Source: Cellvibrionales bacterium UBA1969 (lineage in GTDB: Bacteria; Pseudomonadota; Gammaproteobacteria; Pseudomonadales; UBA7434). Taken from it: 64,000 nt of DNA. The DNA lies in NCBI GenBank assembly GCA_002339085.1, contig DDDX01000082.1, positions 4,058-68,057 on the forward strand. Reading direction: 5' to 3'. The position numbers were made by a program, and so were the translations under genes. Positions 19,617-28,002 of the stretch are shown piece by piece (position 1 is the stretch's first letter; every line of letters starts with the position of its first letter). The notes beneath the pieces are model-generated. The model did no database searches, was not told the origin of the DNA, and saw only the letters and a program-made list of their open reading frames with translations.

Positions 19617-20474
19617 ATGACTCTTAAAAATAATTTTCCAGGAATCCTACTGATGGTGTTAACCATTGGGCTGGCTTATTTTTCCTGGCTATTATTAAAA
19701 CCCGATAACGCTAGTGGCGACATTGAAAAGAAGTCTAACACTCAAACGGTCAATATAGCGGTTGCGGCAAACTACAAAAAAATATTATCTAATTCGATCA
19801 ATAAGTATCAGTCAGATAATCAAATAACAAAAGACTTCACCATAAATATAATTAGTGGGTCTACTGGCGCTCTATTCACACAAATTAAAAATGGAGCGCC
19901 CTTCGATCTATTTCTTGCAGCTGATATGGAGCGACCACAAACGCTAGTAAAAGCAAATTTAACCATTGAGGATAAGCCATTTATTTATACTACCGGTACG
20001 CTGGCTATTGCCTATCAATCGACGGGTGGTAAAGAATTTAATTGTGGGGACAATAATCTTGATCAGAGCCAGCTTGATCAACTAATAGATCATTTATTAA
20101 AAGAAGGTGAAGACAGTAAGACTATTGCTATCGCTAACCCAATTACCGCACCTTACGGGAAAGCCGCTGAAAAACTATTAGAAAAATTAAAGAGCATAGG
20201 AAAAGAAAATAGGGTTAAAATTATTCGAGGCAAGGATATCATTCACGCACAGCAAATATTATTGAGCGGACATGCTGATATGGCTTTTCTTGCTTCCCAT
20301 ATGGAGGAAGGGATAAATAAAGCTGGGTTTTCATATTGCTCGATCGATCGGTCATTGTACCCCCCGATTGAGCAGGGTATGGTATCTATAAAGCCTAAAG
20401 GAATGAATTATACACATCAATTAATCATAAATGAAATAATTGTCCACATTAAAAATATATCTGACAAAATCTAA
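19617..20474 (+). CDS. modA: molybdate ABC transporter, periplasmic binding protein
   Basis: SGSTGALFTQIKNGAPFDLFLAAD block typical of ModA. Followed by modB and modC. Confidence 0.8.
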   Translation: MTLKNNFPGILLMVLTIGLAYFSWLLLKPDNASGDIEKKSNTQTVNIAVAANYKKILSNSINKYQSDNQITKDFTINIISGSTGALFTQIKNGAPFDLFLAADMERPQTLVKANLTIEDKPFIYTTGTLAIAYQSTGGKEFNCGDNNLDQSQLDQLIDHLLKEGEDSKTIAIANPITAPYGKAAEKLLEKLKSIGKENRVKIIRGKDIIHAQQILLSGHADMAFLASHMEEGINKAGFSYCSIDRSLYPPIEQGMVSIKPKGMNYTHQLIINEIIVHIKNISDKI

Positions 20475-20476
20475 AT

Positions 20477-21166
20477 ATGCTTTTTGAAAATAATGACATC
20501 ACGGCAATATTTCTTACGCTGCAATTAGCCAGTATTAGCACATTCATTCTATTGATAATTGGTTTGCCATTAGCTTGGTGGTTAGCTCGAACCCATCATC
20601 GCGCAAAAATCCTTATTGAGACATTTATAGCAATGCCACTTATCCTACCGCCCACTGTTATTGGATTCTACCTTCTCCTCGCTTTTTCTCCTGATAATAT
20701 ACTCTCTCAGACTTGGGAAAACCTATTTAGCAGCTCGCTGGCATTCAGTTTTAGTGGTTTGGTTGTTGGGTCAGTCATCTACTCTCTTCCCTTTATTGTC
20801 CAGCCGATGCAAAGTGCCTACGAGCGGATACCTGATCTTACTCTAAAAACCGCCGCCTCTCTTGGAGCAAGTAAATTTGATCAATCCCTAAGTATTATTT
20901 TACCAATGACAAAGCGAGCAACAATTGCATCAGCTGCCTTAGCTTTCGCTCACACAATGGGAGAGTTTGGCATCGTGCTTATGATTGGAGGAAATATTCC
21001 TGGTGAGACGCAAGTGGTAAGTATTGCTTTATTTGAACATGTTGAATCGATGGCATATGAAGAAGCGCATAATTTAGCGCTTTTACTACTGGCATTCTCT
21101 TTTACTACCCTAGTTATGATAAATACGCTTAGCGGAAAGACTAAGCCAAGAGTACGACATGCTTAA
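20477..21166 (+). CDS. modB: molybdate ABC transporter permease
   Basis: 229 aa, 5-6 TM helices. EAA-like loop TAASLGASKFDQSLSIILPMTKRA. Starts 2 nt after modA. Confidence 0.85.
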   Translation: MLFENNDITAIFLTLQLASISTFILLIIGLPLAWWLARTHHRAKILIETFIAMPLILPPTVIGFYLLLAFSPDNILSQTWENLFSSSLAFSFSGLVVGSVIYSLPFIVQPMQSAYERIPDLTLKTAASLGASKFDQSLSIILPMTKRATIASAALAFAHTMGEFGIVLMIGGNIPGETQVVSIALFEHVESMAYEEAHNLALLLLAFSFTTLVMINTLSGKTKPRVRHA

Positions 21167-22274
21167 GTGTGATTTAAAAACGAGGCTCGGTGATTTTTTA
21201 CTTCAACTAAAATTTTCATTACCTAGCGATGGCATCACTGTTATTTTTGGTCAATCTGGCAGCGGCAAAAGTAGCCTCTTAAACATGATTGCAGGGTTTG
21301 ATCAGCCAACTGAGTATGGAAGCATTCACTTTAATGATCAAAACTGGTTGGCTCTATCACCTAGCGGCCAGATCGAAAAAACATCCATTCAACATCGAAA
21401 AATAGCCTACGTCACCCAAGCACCCTGCTTATTTGAACATTTATCTATTAAGCAAAGCCTTCAATATGCGATTGATCGACAACACCGAAATACAGTCAAT
21501 GACCAAGATAGCTATCCATCACTTACAGATATCAGCCAATATTTTAATATCAATTACCTATGGGAAAAGTTTCCTGAGCAATTATCTGGCGGGGAAAAAC
21601 AAAGGGTGGCTATCGCAAGAGCAATTTTATCTGCGCCACAGTTGATTTTATTTGATGAACCCCTAAATGGCTTAGATGAAAATCACCGCGAGCAGATATT
21701 AGGTCATCTAGAGAAGCTTCAACAAAAAATTTCATTGCCAATTTTGTATGTCACACATAATATGGAAGAGCTTATGCGTCTTGCGGACCGCGTGCTTGTT
21801 TTAGAGCAAGGCTCGCTGTTGGCACTCAAAAAAATTAGTGACATCCTCTCTGACTTAACACTCCCCTTTAGTCAACATCAGCAAGCAGGTGTTGTCATAT
21901 CTGCAAAGGTTCATTCTTACGATGAAATTAACCACCTAATCGAATTAGACCTGGGAGATAATCAATTTTTGTGGGTTACTAGCCCATCAACCAATCATTT
22001 AGCGGATGAAGAAATTCGTCTACGTGTTTATGCAAAAGACATTAGTCTAACCCGGCAACCAGCCAAAGATTCCAGTATTTTAAACATCATTCCTGTCAAA
22101 ATTATTGGCATCTCTGAATCAGGAGCTGGCCAATCGATTATTAAATTGAGCTGTCGCCAGCAGAATTTTCTAGCAAGGCTAACAAATAAATCCATCCAGA
22201 AGCTCTCGCTAAAGATTGGCGATGAAGTTTTTGCGCAAATCAAAGGGATTGCTATACTAGGCTCCAGAATCTAG
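21159..22274 (+). CDS. modC: molybdate ABC transporter ATPase with C-terminal TOBE/Mop domain
   Basis: Walker A GQSGSGKSS, signature LSGGEKQRV, Walker B LILFDEP, and about 130 aa of C-terminal extension. 8-nt overlap with modB. Confidence 0.85.
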   Translation: MLKCDLKTRLGDFLLQLKFSLPSDGITVIFGQSGSGKSSLLNMIAGFDQPTEYGSIHFNDQNWLALSPSGQIEKTSIQHRKIAYVTQAPCLFEHLSIKQSLQYAIDRQHRNTVNDQDSYPSLTDISQYFNINYLWEKFPEQLSGGEKQRVAIARAILSAPQLILFDEPLNGLDENHREQILGHLEKLQQKISLPILYVTHNMEELMRLADRVLVLEQGSLLALKKISDILSDLTLPFSQHQQAGVVISAKVHSYDEINHLIELDLGDNQFLWVTSPSTNHLADEEIRLRVYAKDISLTRQPAKDSSILNIIPVKIIGISESGAGQSIIKLSCRQQNFLARLTNKSIQKLSLKIGDEVFAQIKGIAILGSRI

Positions 22275-22311
22275 TTTCCTACTTTATGACAGCTTGGACT
22301 CAACTTTTTAA

Positions 22312-23682
22312 ATGAAAAAAATATACGGCCTAGCTCGATCCATCTTCATCACGACCCTGATAGTATTTACTATATTTTTTATCAGCATATTCACGATTTA
22401 TTATATTACCTTAGACGCCGAGCCGAAGCTCAGCAGCTTTGAGTCAATAACCTTAAGCGACATCAAACGAGTAAAAGTCATTGCCCAGCAAGTGACGGGC
22501 AATATGCAAAAGGAGTCAAGTGAGCAACAGATTACTCTCTCTGAACGCGATCTCAACCTAGCAATCGGTCATTTCGGGCCAAGCTTCGTTGAAATTCCCG
22601 ACTCAGTCTATGCCAAGATTAATCTATCAAACACAAGACAAAGTCTGCAATTGACCTTACCACTGGACTACTTGCTTGCATTAGGAAAAACTGAGCTAGA
22701 AGAACGATACAGCAACCTATTAACTTGGTTAAGCGACAGGACAAGCTATTTTCTCAAGAGCAATTGGATAAATATTGAGTGGGATATAACGACCGACAAC
22801 ATGGCTGAAAAAGGGTATTGGTTAAGTCCCGGGCAGCTTAGTATCGGCAAACTGACTCTTAGCCAGACGCAAAGTGATAAAATCGCTAAGCATATTATGA
22901 GAAGCCTTTTGAATAATCCTAATAGTGAGCCAGTACGCGAAGCATGGGAAAATATTAAAAATATAAACCATGAAGACGATCAAGTTGTGGTTAGCTATAT
23001 ATTCCCCAGCAGCGGTACTTCGTCTTTACGTAGCTATCAGTCATTAATTCTTAATCCTCGAGAGCAGGCACAAGTCAATATCTATTCACAAAAAATTAAT
23101 ACTCTCCCTAAAAAAACCCCATTGATACGGTTATTAAGCGCGATGTTTACTCTCGCCGCTGAACGTACAACCGACTTAGGTGATCCTGTCGGTGAGAATC
23201 GTGCTTTACTATTATCATTAGCCAAGCTCTATGGCGTCGATGATTTAAATGCTATCTTACAAGGCAATAATCTGGGTCAATTCAATCGCAAACGACTCAA
23301 TTACACTATTTATGGCCGCCGTGATTTAGCCCAACATTTAATTTTATCCGCAGGGATTTCATTGCTTGCGGATGAAGATTTAGCCAACCTTATTGGCCTT
23401 GATAAAGAGATTTCTGACTACCAAGCTGGTAAAACAATCAGTGCTTGGGACTTATTAGCAGACCAAGCCGGCATTCGTTTAGCAGATAATGCTACCCGAT
23501 CAGAGCAATCGGCAAGGCAGGTACAGCAGCTTCTGTCTGATGCCAACTCTGATAAAGACTTACTGCCTGATCTAGGCCCTGATTTCTCTTATGCAAAAGA
23601 TCAATTCGAAGTCGGCGACCTCGATGAACTGAATCAACTAACAAGTTTAATCCTTGATGAATTAGTCATTTTTAAAAAATAA
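22312..23682 (+). CDS. membrane-anchored hypothetical protein
   Basis: 456 aa. One N-terminal TM helix (IFITTLIVFTIFFISIFTIYYI) and no motif I recognise. Confidence 0.5.
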   Translation: MKKIYGLARSIFITTLIVFTIFFISIFTIYYITLDAEPKLSSFESITLSDIKRVKVIAQQVTGNMQKESSEQQITLSERDLNLAIGHFGPSFVEIPDSVYAKINLSNTRQSLQLTLPLDYLLALGKTELEERYSNLLTWLSDRTSYFLKSNWINIEWDITTDNMAEKGYWLSPGQLSIGKLTLSQTQSDKIAKHIMRSLLNNPNSEPVREAWENIKNINHEDDQVVVSYIFPSSGTSSLRSYQSLILNPREQAQVNIYSQKINTLPKKTPLIRLLSAMFTLAAERTTDLGDPVGENRALLLSLAKLYGVDDLNAILQGNNLGQFNRKRLNYTIYGRRDLAQHLILSAGISLLADEDLANLIGLDKEISDYQAGKTISAWDLLADQAGIRLADNATRSEQSARQVQQLLSDANSDKDLLPDLGPDFSYAKDQFEVGDLDELNQLTSLILDELVIFKK

Positions 23683-23834
23683 TCATAAATTACTGATATA
23701 TATCATAATAATAAAATGCTTTGTGCTGGCATTAGCCGTTAAGCAAACTATACTTGATTAATAAGCAACCTTTTTTACTATCATCGATGGCAGTGAGGTC
23801 CACCCTTCCCTCACTGCTTTGAAAAGGACCCGTT

Positions 23835-26348
23835 ATGGCGTCAATCCCAACGCGTAAAGCCTTGGTCATCAACCCTGATCCCAGCTTGCGTAAGACAATG
23901 GCTCAGCAATTACAGCAATATCATTTTGCTGTGATTGTTGAAGCCGGTAATGGGCTCGAGGCTATCAATATCTTAGGCGAGCAAGCCGTTGATTTAGTCG
24001 TTACTGACATCGCCATTGGTCAAGTCGATGCCTGGCGACTGACTCGCCTCATCCGCTCCAATATGCTTGCCTCATCGGCCCAAACTAAAGTGATTGTCGT
24101 GTCTTCCACCTACAGTGAGCGTATTGCTGAAGCAACTGCCAAAGAGTTTGAAATTAATTGCTTCATACCTATGAGCCGACTCTCTGACTTAGGAAAGATC
24201 GCTGATAACTTACTACATAACGACAATGCTGTTGTTTCGAAAGCGCGCATTCTGGTGATAGAAGATTATCAAGATACCGCTGAATTAGTTGAACGGGTAC
24301 TAAGTAATCGTTTTGAGATAACTCATGCCGCGGATGGCGAAATCGGTCTACAACTTTGGCAGCAATATCAACATGATATTGTTTTATTAGATTTAATGCT
24401 GCCTAAATTATCTGGCGAGGAAGTACTACGAAAAATTATTAAACAAAAACCCAGTCAATCTATTGTCATGATGACGGCTCATGGCGATGCCAAGAAAGCC
24501 GGTGAATTGATTATTGCGGGAGCCATCGACTTTATTGCAAAGCCATTTCGAGCAGAACAATTACGGCATGTTTGCAGTATTGCCGCTCATCGCGAAGATT
24601 TTATTATTAGCAATGAGCAATTCAAGGAAAAACAAAATGCCTTGATCGCAGAAAAAAGTCGTGCCCAGATCACACTTGAATCTATTGCCGACGGTGTCAT
24701 TACCACCGATAGCTCAGGTAATATTGACTACGCTAACCCTGTCGCAGAAAAATTATTAAATGAATCGCTCGACGATCTTATTGGCCGATCGATTGATACC
24801 GTGTTTCACACCTACCATGAAGTATCACGAATTCCAACTGCAAACCTTGTTAAGCGGGCAATTGCTGAAAACGCAATTATCAATTCAGTTGCTAACCATA
24901 TTCTAAAAACTAAGGATAACCAAGAAAGAATTATTGAGCAGCAAGCGGCGCCTATTAGAGACTCTAAAGACTGCGCTATTGGCGCGACATTAGTGTTTCG
25001 AGACAAGACAGAAGCAAAAAATATTGAAAAACAACTATCATTTCATGCCAGTCATGACCCCCTGACTGGCTTAAATAATCGCGCTACCTTTGATCAAGAA
25101 GTCAAATTAGCCGTTCATGAAGTGGCAGACAATGAGCTTCATCACGCCCTTTGTCATTTATCAATATCACAATTTAATATCATTAATGAAACCTGCGGCC
25201 ATCATGCAGGCGATCAATTGCTTCAGCAAATCGCTCGTACACTCCGACAAAAAGTCCGCTCACCTAGCGATGCCATAGCACGGGTTGGCGGCGATGAATT
25301 TGGCATTCTTCTTAGGCATTGCCCCATTGATGCCGCACAGCGCATTTGTGAAGTTATTACCTGTGAATTTTCAAATCAAAAGTTTAACTATGAAGATAAG
25401 TCATTTGACATAAATGTTGGCATTGGCATCGTTTCTATTAATAATGAAACTACTGATCTAACTGAGCTTATTTCAGCATCCAGCGCTGCATGTAACAAAG
25501 CGAAAGAAAGCGGAAAGAACCGTGTAGCCAGCTACAGTGGAAAAGATGAAACAATTTATGCCAAACGAACGGAAGCCTTTCTAGCGACCGAGCTTATGGA
25601 AGCAATACAAGAGGGACGTACCTGCTTATTTCAGCAGCGCATCAGCAACCGAGCCACACAAGGACAAGACAGTTATGAAATTCTTCTGAGAATTCGCGAC
25701 AAGGATGATCATCTTATCAGTCCCGAACCCTATTTAGAGGCCGCCGAACGCTATAACTTCAGTCCTAACGTCGACCGCTGGGTCATTAGCCAGGCCTTTG
25801 AGTGGCTGGGCAATCATCCATCGACACTGCATAATATCGAATATATATCGATTAATCTTTCAGGCCTGTCTATCTGTGACGACAGTTTTTCAGAATTTAT
25901 TTCAGACTGTTTTAGAAACTCATCAGTGCCACCTGAAAAAATCTGCTTTGAAATCACTGAAACAGCAGCTATTTCAAACTTCCTGAATGCGCTTGAATTT
26001 ATTGGTGCGGTTAGAGACCTTGGGTGTCAGTTTGCATTAGATGATTTTGGAAGTGGCATGTCTTCCTTTGCTTACTTGAAAAAATTACCGGTTGATATTT
26101 TAAAAATCGATGGCTTATTTATTAAAGATATCCTTAACAACCCAGTTGATATGGCAATGGTTAAATCGATCAATGAGGTAGGCCATGTGATGGGGCTTAA
26201 AACCATTGGCGAATACGTTGAAAACCGTGCCATACTAGAGGTGTTAACCGTACTAGAGGTTGATGCGTTTCAAGGCTTCGAAGTAGCCAAGCCAGCTCCC
26301 ATAGAGGAACTCGCTAAAATACCAGCTATTAAAAAAACCGGCTCTTAG
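23835..26348 (+). CDS. response regulator with REC(degenerate)-REC-PAS-GGDEF-EAL architecture (c-di-GMP turnover)
   Basis: REC2 is canonical (VIEDY, LLDLMLP, MMTAHG, IAKPF). PAS region (ITLESIADGVITTD). GGDEF motif RVGGDEFGILL. EAL-domain blocks YEILLR, CFEITE, DDFGSGMSS, LKIDG. Confidence 0.85.
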   Translation: MASIPTRKALVINPDPSLRKTMAQQLQQYHFAVIVEAGNGLEAINILGEQAVDLVVTDIAIGQVDAWRLTRLIRSNMLASSAQTKVIVVSSTYSERIAEATAKEFEINCFIPMSRLSDLGKIADNLLHNDNAVVSKARILVIEDYQDTAELVERVLSNRFEITHAADGEIGLQLWQQYQHDIVLLDLMLPKLSGEEVLRKIIKQKPSQSIVMMTAHGDAKKAGELIIAGAIDFIAKPFRAEQLRHVCSIAAHREDFIISNEQFKEKQNALIAEKSRAQITLESIADGVITTDSSGNIDYANPVAEKLLNESLDDLIGRSIDTVFHTYHEVSRIPTANLVKRAIAENAIINSVANHILKTKDNQERIIEQQAAPIRDSKDCAIGATLVFRDKTEAKNIEKQLSFHASHDPLTGLNNRATFDQEVKLAVHEVADNELHHALCHLSISQFNIINETCGHHAGDQLLQQIARTLRQKVRSPSDAIARVGGDEFGILLRHCPIDAAQRICEVITCEFSNQKFNYEDKSFDINVGIGIVSINNETTDLTELISASSAACNKAKESGKNRVASYSGKDETIYAKRTEAFLATELMEAIQEGRTCLFQQRISNRATQGQDSYEILLRIRDKDDHLISPEPYLEAAERYNFSPNVDRWVISQAFEWLGNHPSTLHNIEYISINLSGLSICDDSFSEFISDCFRNSSVPPEKICFEITETAAISNFLNALEFIGAVRDLGCQFALDDFGSGMSSFAYLKKLPVDILKIDGLFIKDILNNPVDMAMVKSINEVGHVMGLKTIGEYVENRAILEVLTVLEVDAFQGFEVAKPAPIEELAKIPAIKKTGS

Positions 26349-27202
26349 CTTTTTTCATGTGACATATCCGGTAATGCTCTTTTGGCCGGTCCAGTATATT
26401 CTACATCATCACACCTTAGCGGCAAAAAACTGTCTGCCGGTTTTTTAGCCTCTTCACAAAAACTGGCGGTAACACCATTGACAACTATCAATGCAAAAAT
26501 TCTATGGACTTGCTCTGCTGAGTAACCTAAATCCGACATAAAGGCACACAAATAACCGGTAAAATTCATCGTCTCTGAGTAACGATCATACAATAGCTCC
26601 TCTATAGCTAACGCTAATTGCATATGCGGCCCATCTTGAAATGCAAGATTTTTTGCAGTCCTTCGCATCGCAACTACTCTTTCATCACCTGACGCTAATG
26701 GCCGAGCAAAACCCATAATATTAACCTTACCGCCCTTACGCTCAATCTCCTGATCAACAATTTCCTCAACTGATTTTCTTTCATTAATATGCTGCGAATA
26801 AAAGCGCTGTATTAAACGAGTTCCTATAGGCAATGTACCTTGGCCATACATCACGGAGTCAGCAGCAAGGTTTCCAAAACTGCTAGCTGCATTTACGGTA
26901 GCTCTCGCCATCGCAGCATAAGCACCAATTTGATTGCACCAAATGCGCGGATCAGGCCAGCTGACACAGATATGTGCTGCATGTAGCCATTTAGCAAACC
27001 GGTCTTCTGGTAATTGGCCAGTAATGTTAAGGACCAAACTCTGAAAAAAATCTACCTGCCCCACCAAATCGTCCATCATATCATAACCGCGACAATAGAC
27101 TGCAGTACCTGGAACCCAACCGCCTGTCCGATTAGGTAATTTACCCCGTAAGCGATCGTAATCTTCTACTTTAAGTGTCGACAATGTGATAATCCTCATC
27201 AC
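26345..27202 (-). CDS. citrate-synthase/citryl-CoA-lyase-fold protein, paralogue B, catalytic residues apparently substituted
   Basis: 285 aa. CS-like blocks VYCRGYDMMDDLVGQVDFFQSLVLNITGQLP, MGFARPLASGDERV (where GFGHxVxxxxDPR is expected), MNFTGYLCAF (where NVDFYSG is expected). Overlaps the upstream paralogue by about 30 nt. Confidence 0.55.
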   Translation of the reverse strand: MMRIITLSTLKVEDYDRLRGKLPNRTGGWVPGTAVYCRGYDMMDDLVGQVDFFQSLVLNITGQLPEDRFAKWLHAAHICVSWPDPRIWCNQIGAYAAMARATVNAASSFGNLAADSVMYGQGTLPIGTRLIQRFYSQHINERKSVEEIVDQEIERKGGKVNIMGFARPLASGDERVVAMRRTAKNLAFQDGPHMQLALAIEELLYDRYSETMNFTGYLCAFMSDLGYSAEQVHRIFALIVVNGVTASFCEEAKKPADSFLPLRCDDVEYTGPAKRALPDMSHEKS

Positions 27203-27992
27203 TAACGAATGGAAACTCTGTGCGGGACTTAGGGTAAGCTTCTAACCCATGGGCAAGTAAACCAGGGGCTTGTATGAGTTGAAATAGGCCCGCGCCAGCA
27301 TAGGCTGGAAAGCCTAAATCGCAGAGCACTGCCGCAACAATGCCGGTTTGCAACCAGCCTATATCGTATAACTTTAATCCATCAACAAGTTCAGCGCACC
27401 AAGTTAAATGAGGCCCTGAAAAAGATTTCCCTAAAAACTTATTTGCTAATCGAGTGGCATATGGATCAACATCACCATACTGCTGGCCAAAACCATAGAT
27501 AATCCGCCCTTCAGCCAATAACAATTTATCCGCTAGAGCTAAAGTGGCTTGCTGCTCCTCAAGCCATTTTTTAGGTAAAGTCTGGTAGTTATTCTGGATA
27601 AAGTGCATACAAAGTTGCACTTGGCGGCCACCTAAGTATTCACCTCCTGCAATACCTAGTGATGCAGGAAGAATGTGCTGAGGAAAGGTTTTTCCTCCGC
27701 CCAAACTCATAGCCGACCTTGAAGCCGGATGTCTTGGGCTTGGGCTAATAAAGGTAGTTAACAGCAATTGCAGTAATTGCTTTTGATTTTTGTTAGGTAG
27801 ATCACCTAAAAAAAGCAAGTAGAATGTATCAATAAAATCACATTGCTCTGTGATTTCATCAAAACTATATCCTCTCAGATGAGTTTTACTAACAAGATAA
27901 GGATTAGACTCATCAGCATCTTCTTTCCAAATGCTGGTTGAGGCTTTTTTTGAAAAAGGTTCCTTTCGACTTTTAACCGAACGGTTGACCAT
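27171..27992 (-). CDS. citrate-synthase/citryl-CoA-lyase-fold protein, paralogue A, catalytic residues apparently substituted
   Basis: 273 aa. HLRGYSFDEITEQCDFIDTFYLLFLGDLPNKNQ (classic CS small-domain block), YGFGQQYGDVDPYA, LQTGIVAAVLCDLGFP, GLLAHGLEA. Starts 10 nt after the TonB-receptor stop. Confidence 0.6.
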   Translation of the reverse strand: MVNRSVKSRKEPFSKKASTSIWKEDADESNPYLVSKTHLRGYSFDEITEQCDFIDTFYLLFLGDLPNKNQKQLLQLLLTTFISPSPRHPASRSAMSLGGGKTFPQHILPASLGIAGGEYLGGRQVQLCMHFIQNNYQTLPKKWLEEQQATLALADKLLLAEGRIIYGFGQQYGDVDPYATRLANKFLGKSFSGPHLTWCAELVDGLKLYDIGWLQTGIVAAVLCDLGFPAYAGAGLFQLIQAPGLLAHGLEAYPKSRTEFPFVSDEDYHIVDT

Positions 27993-28002
27993 ACTATACG
28001 CA

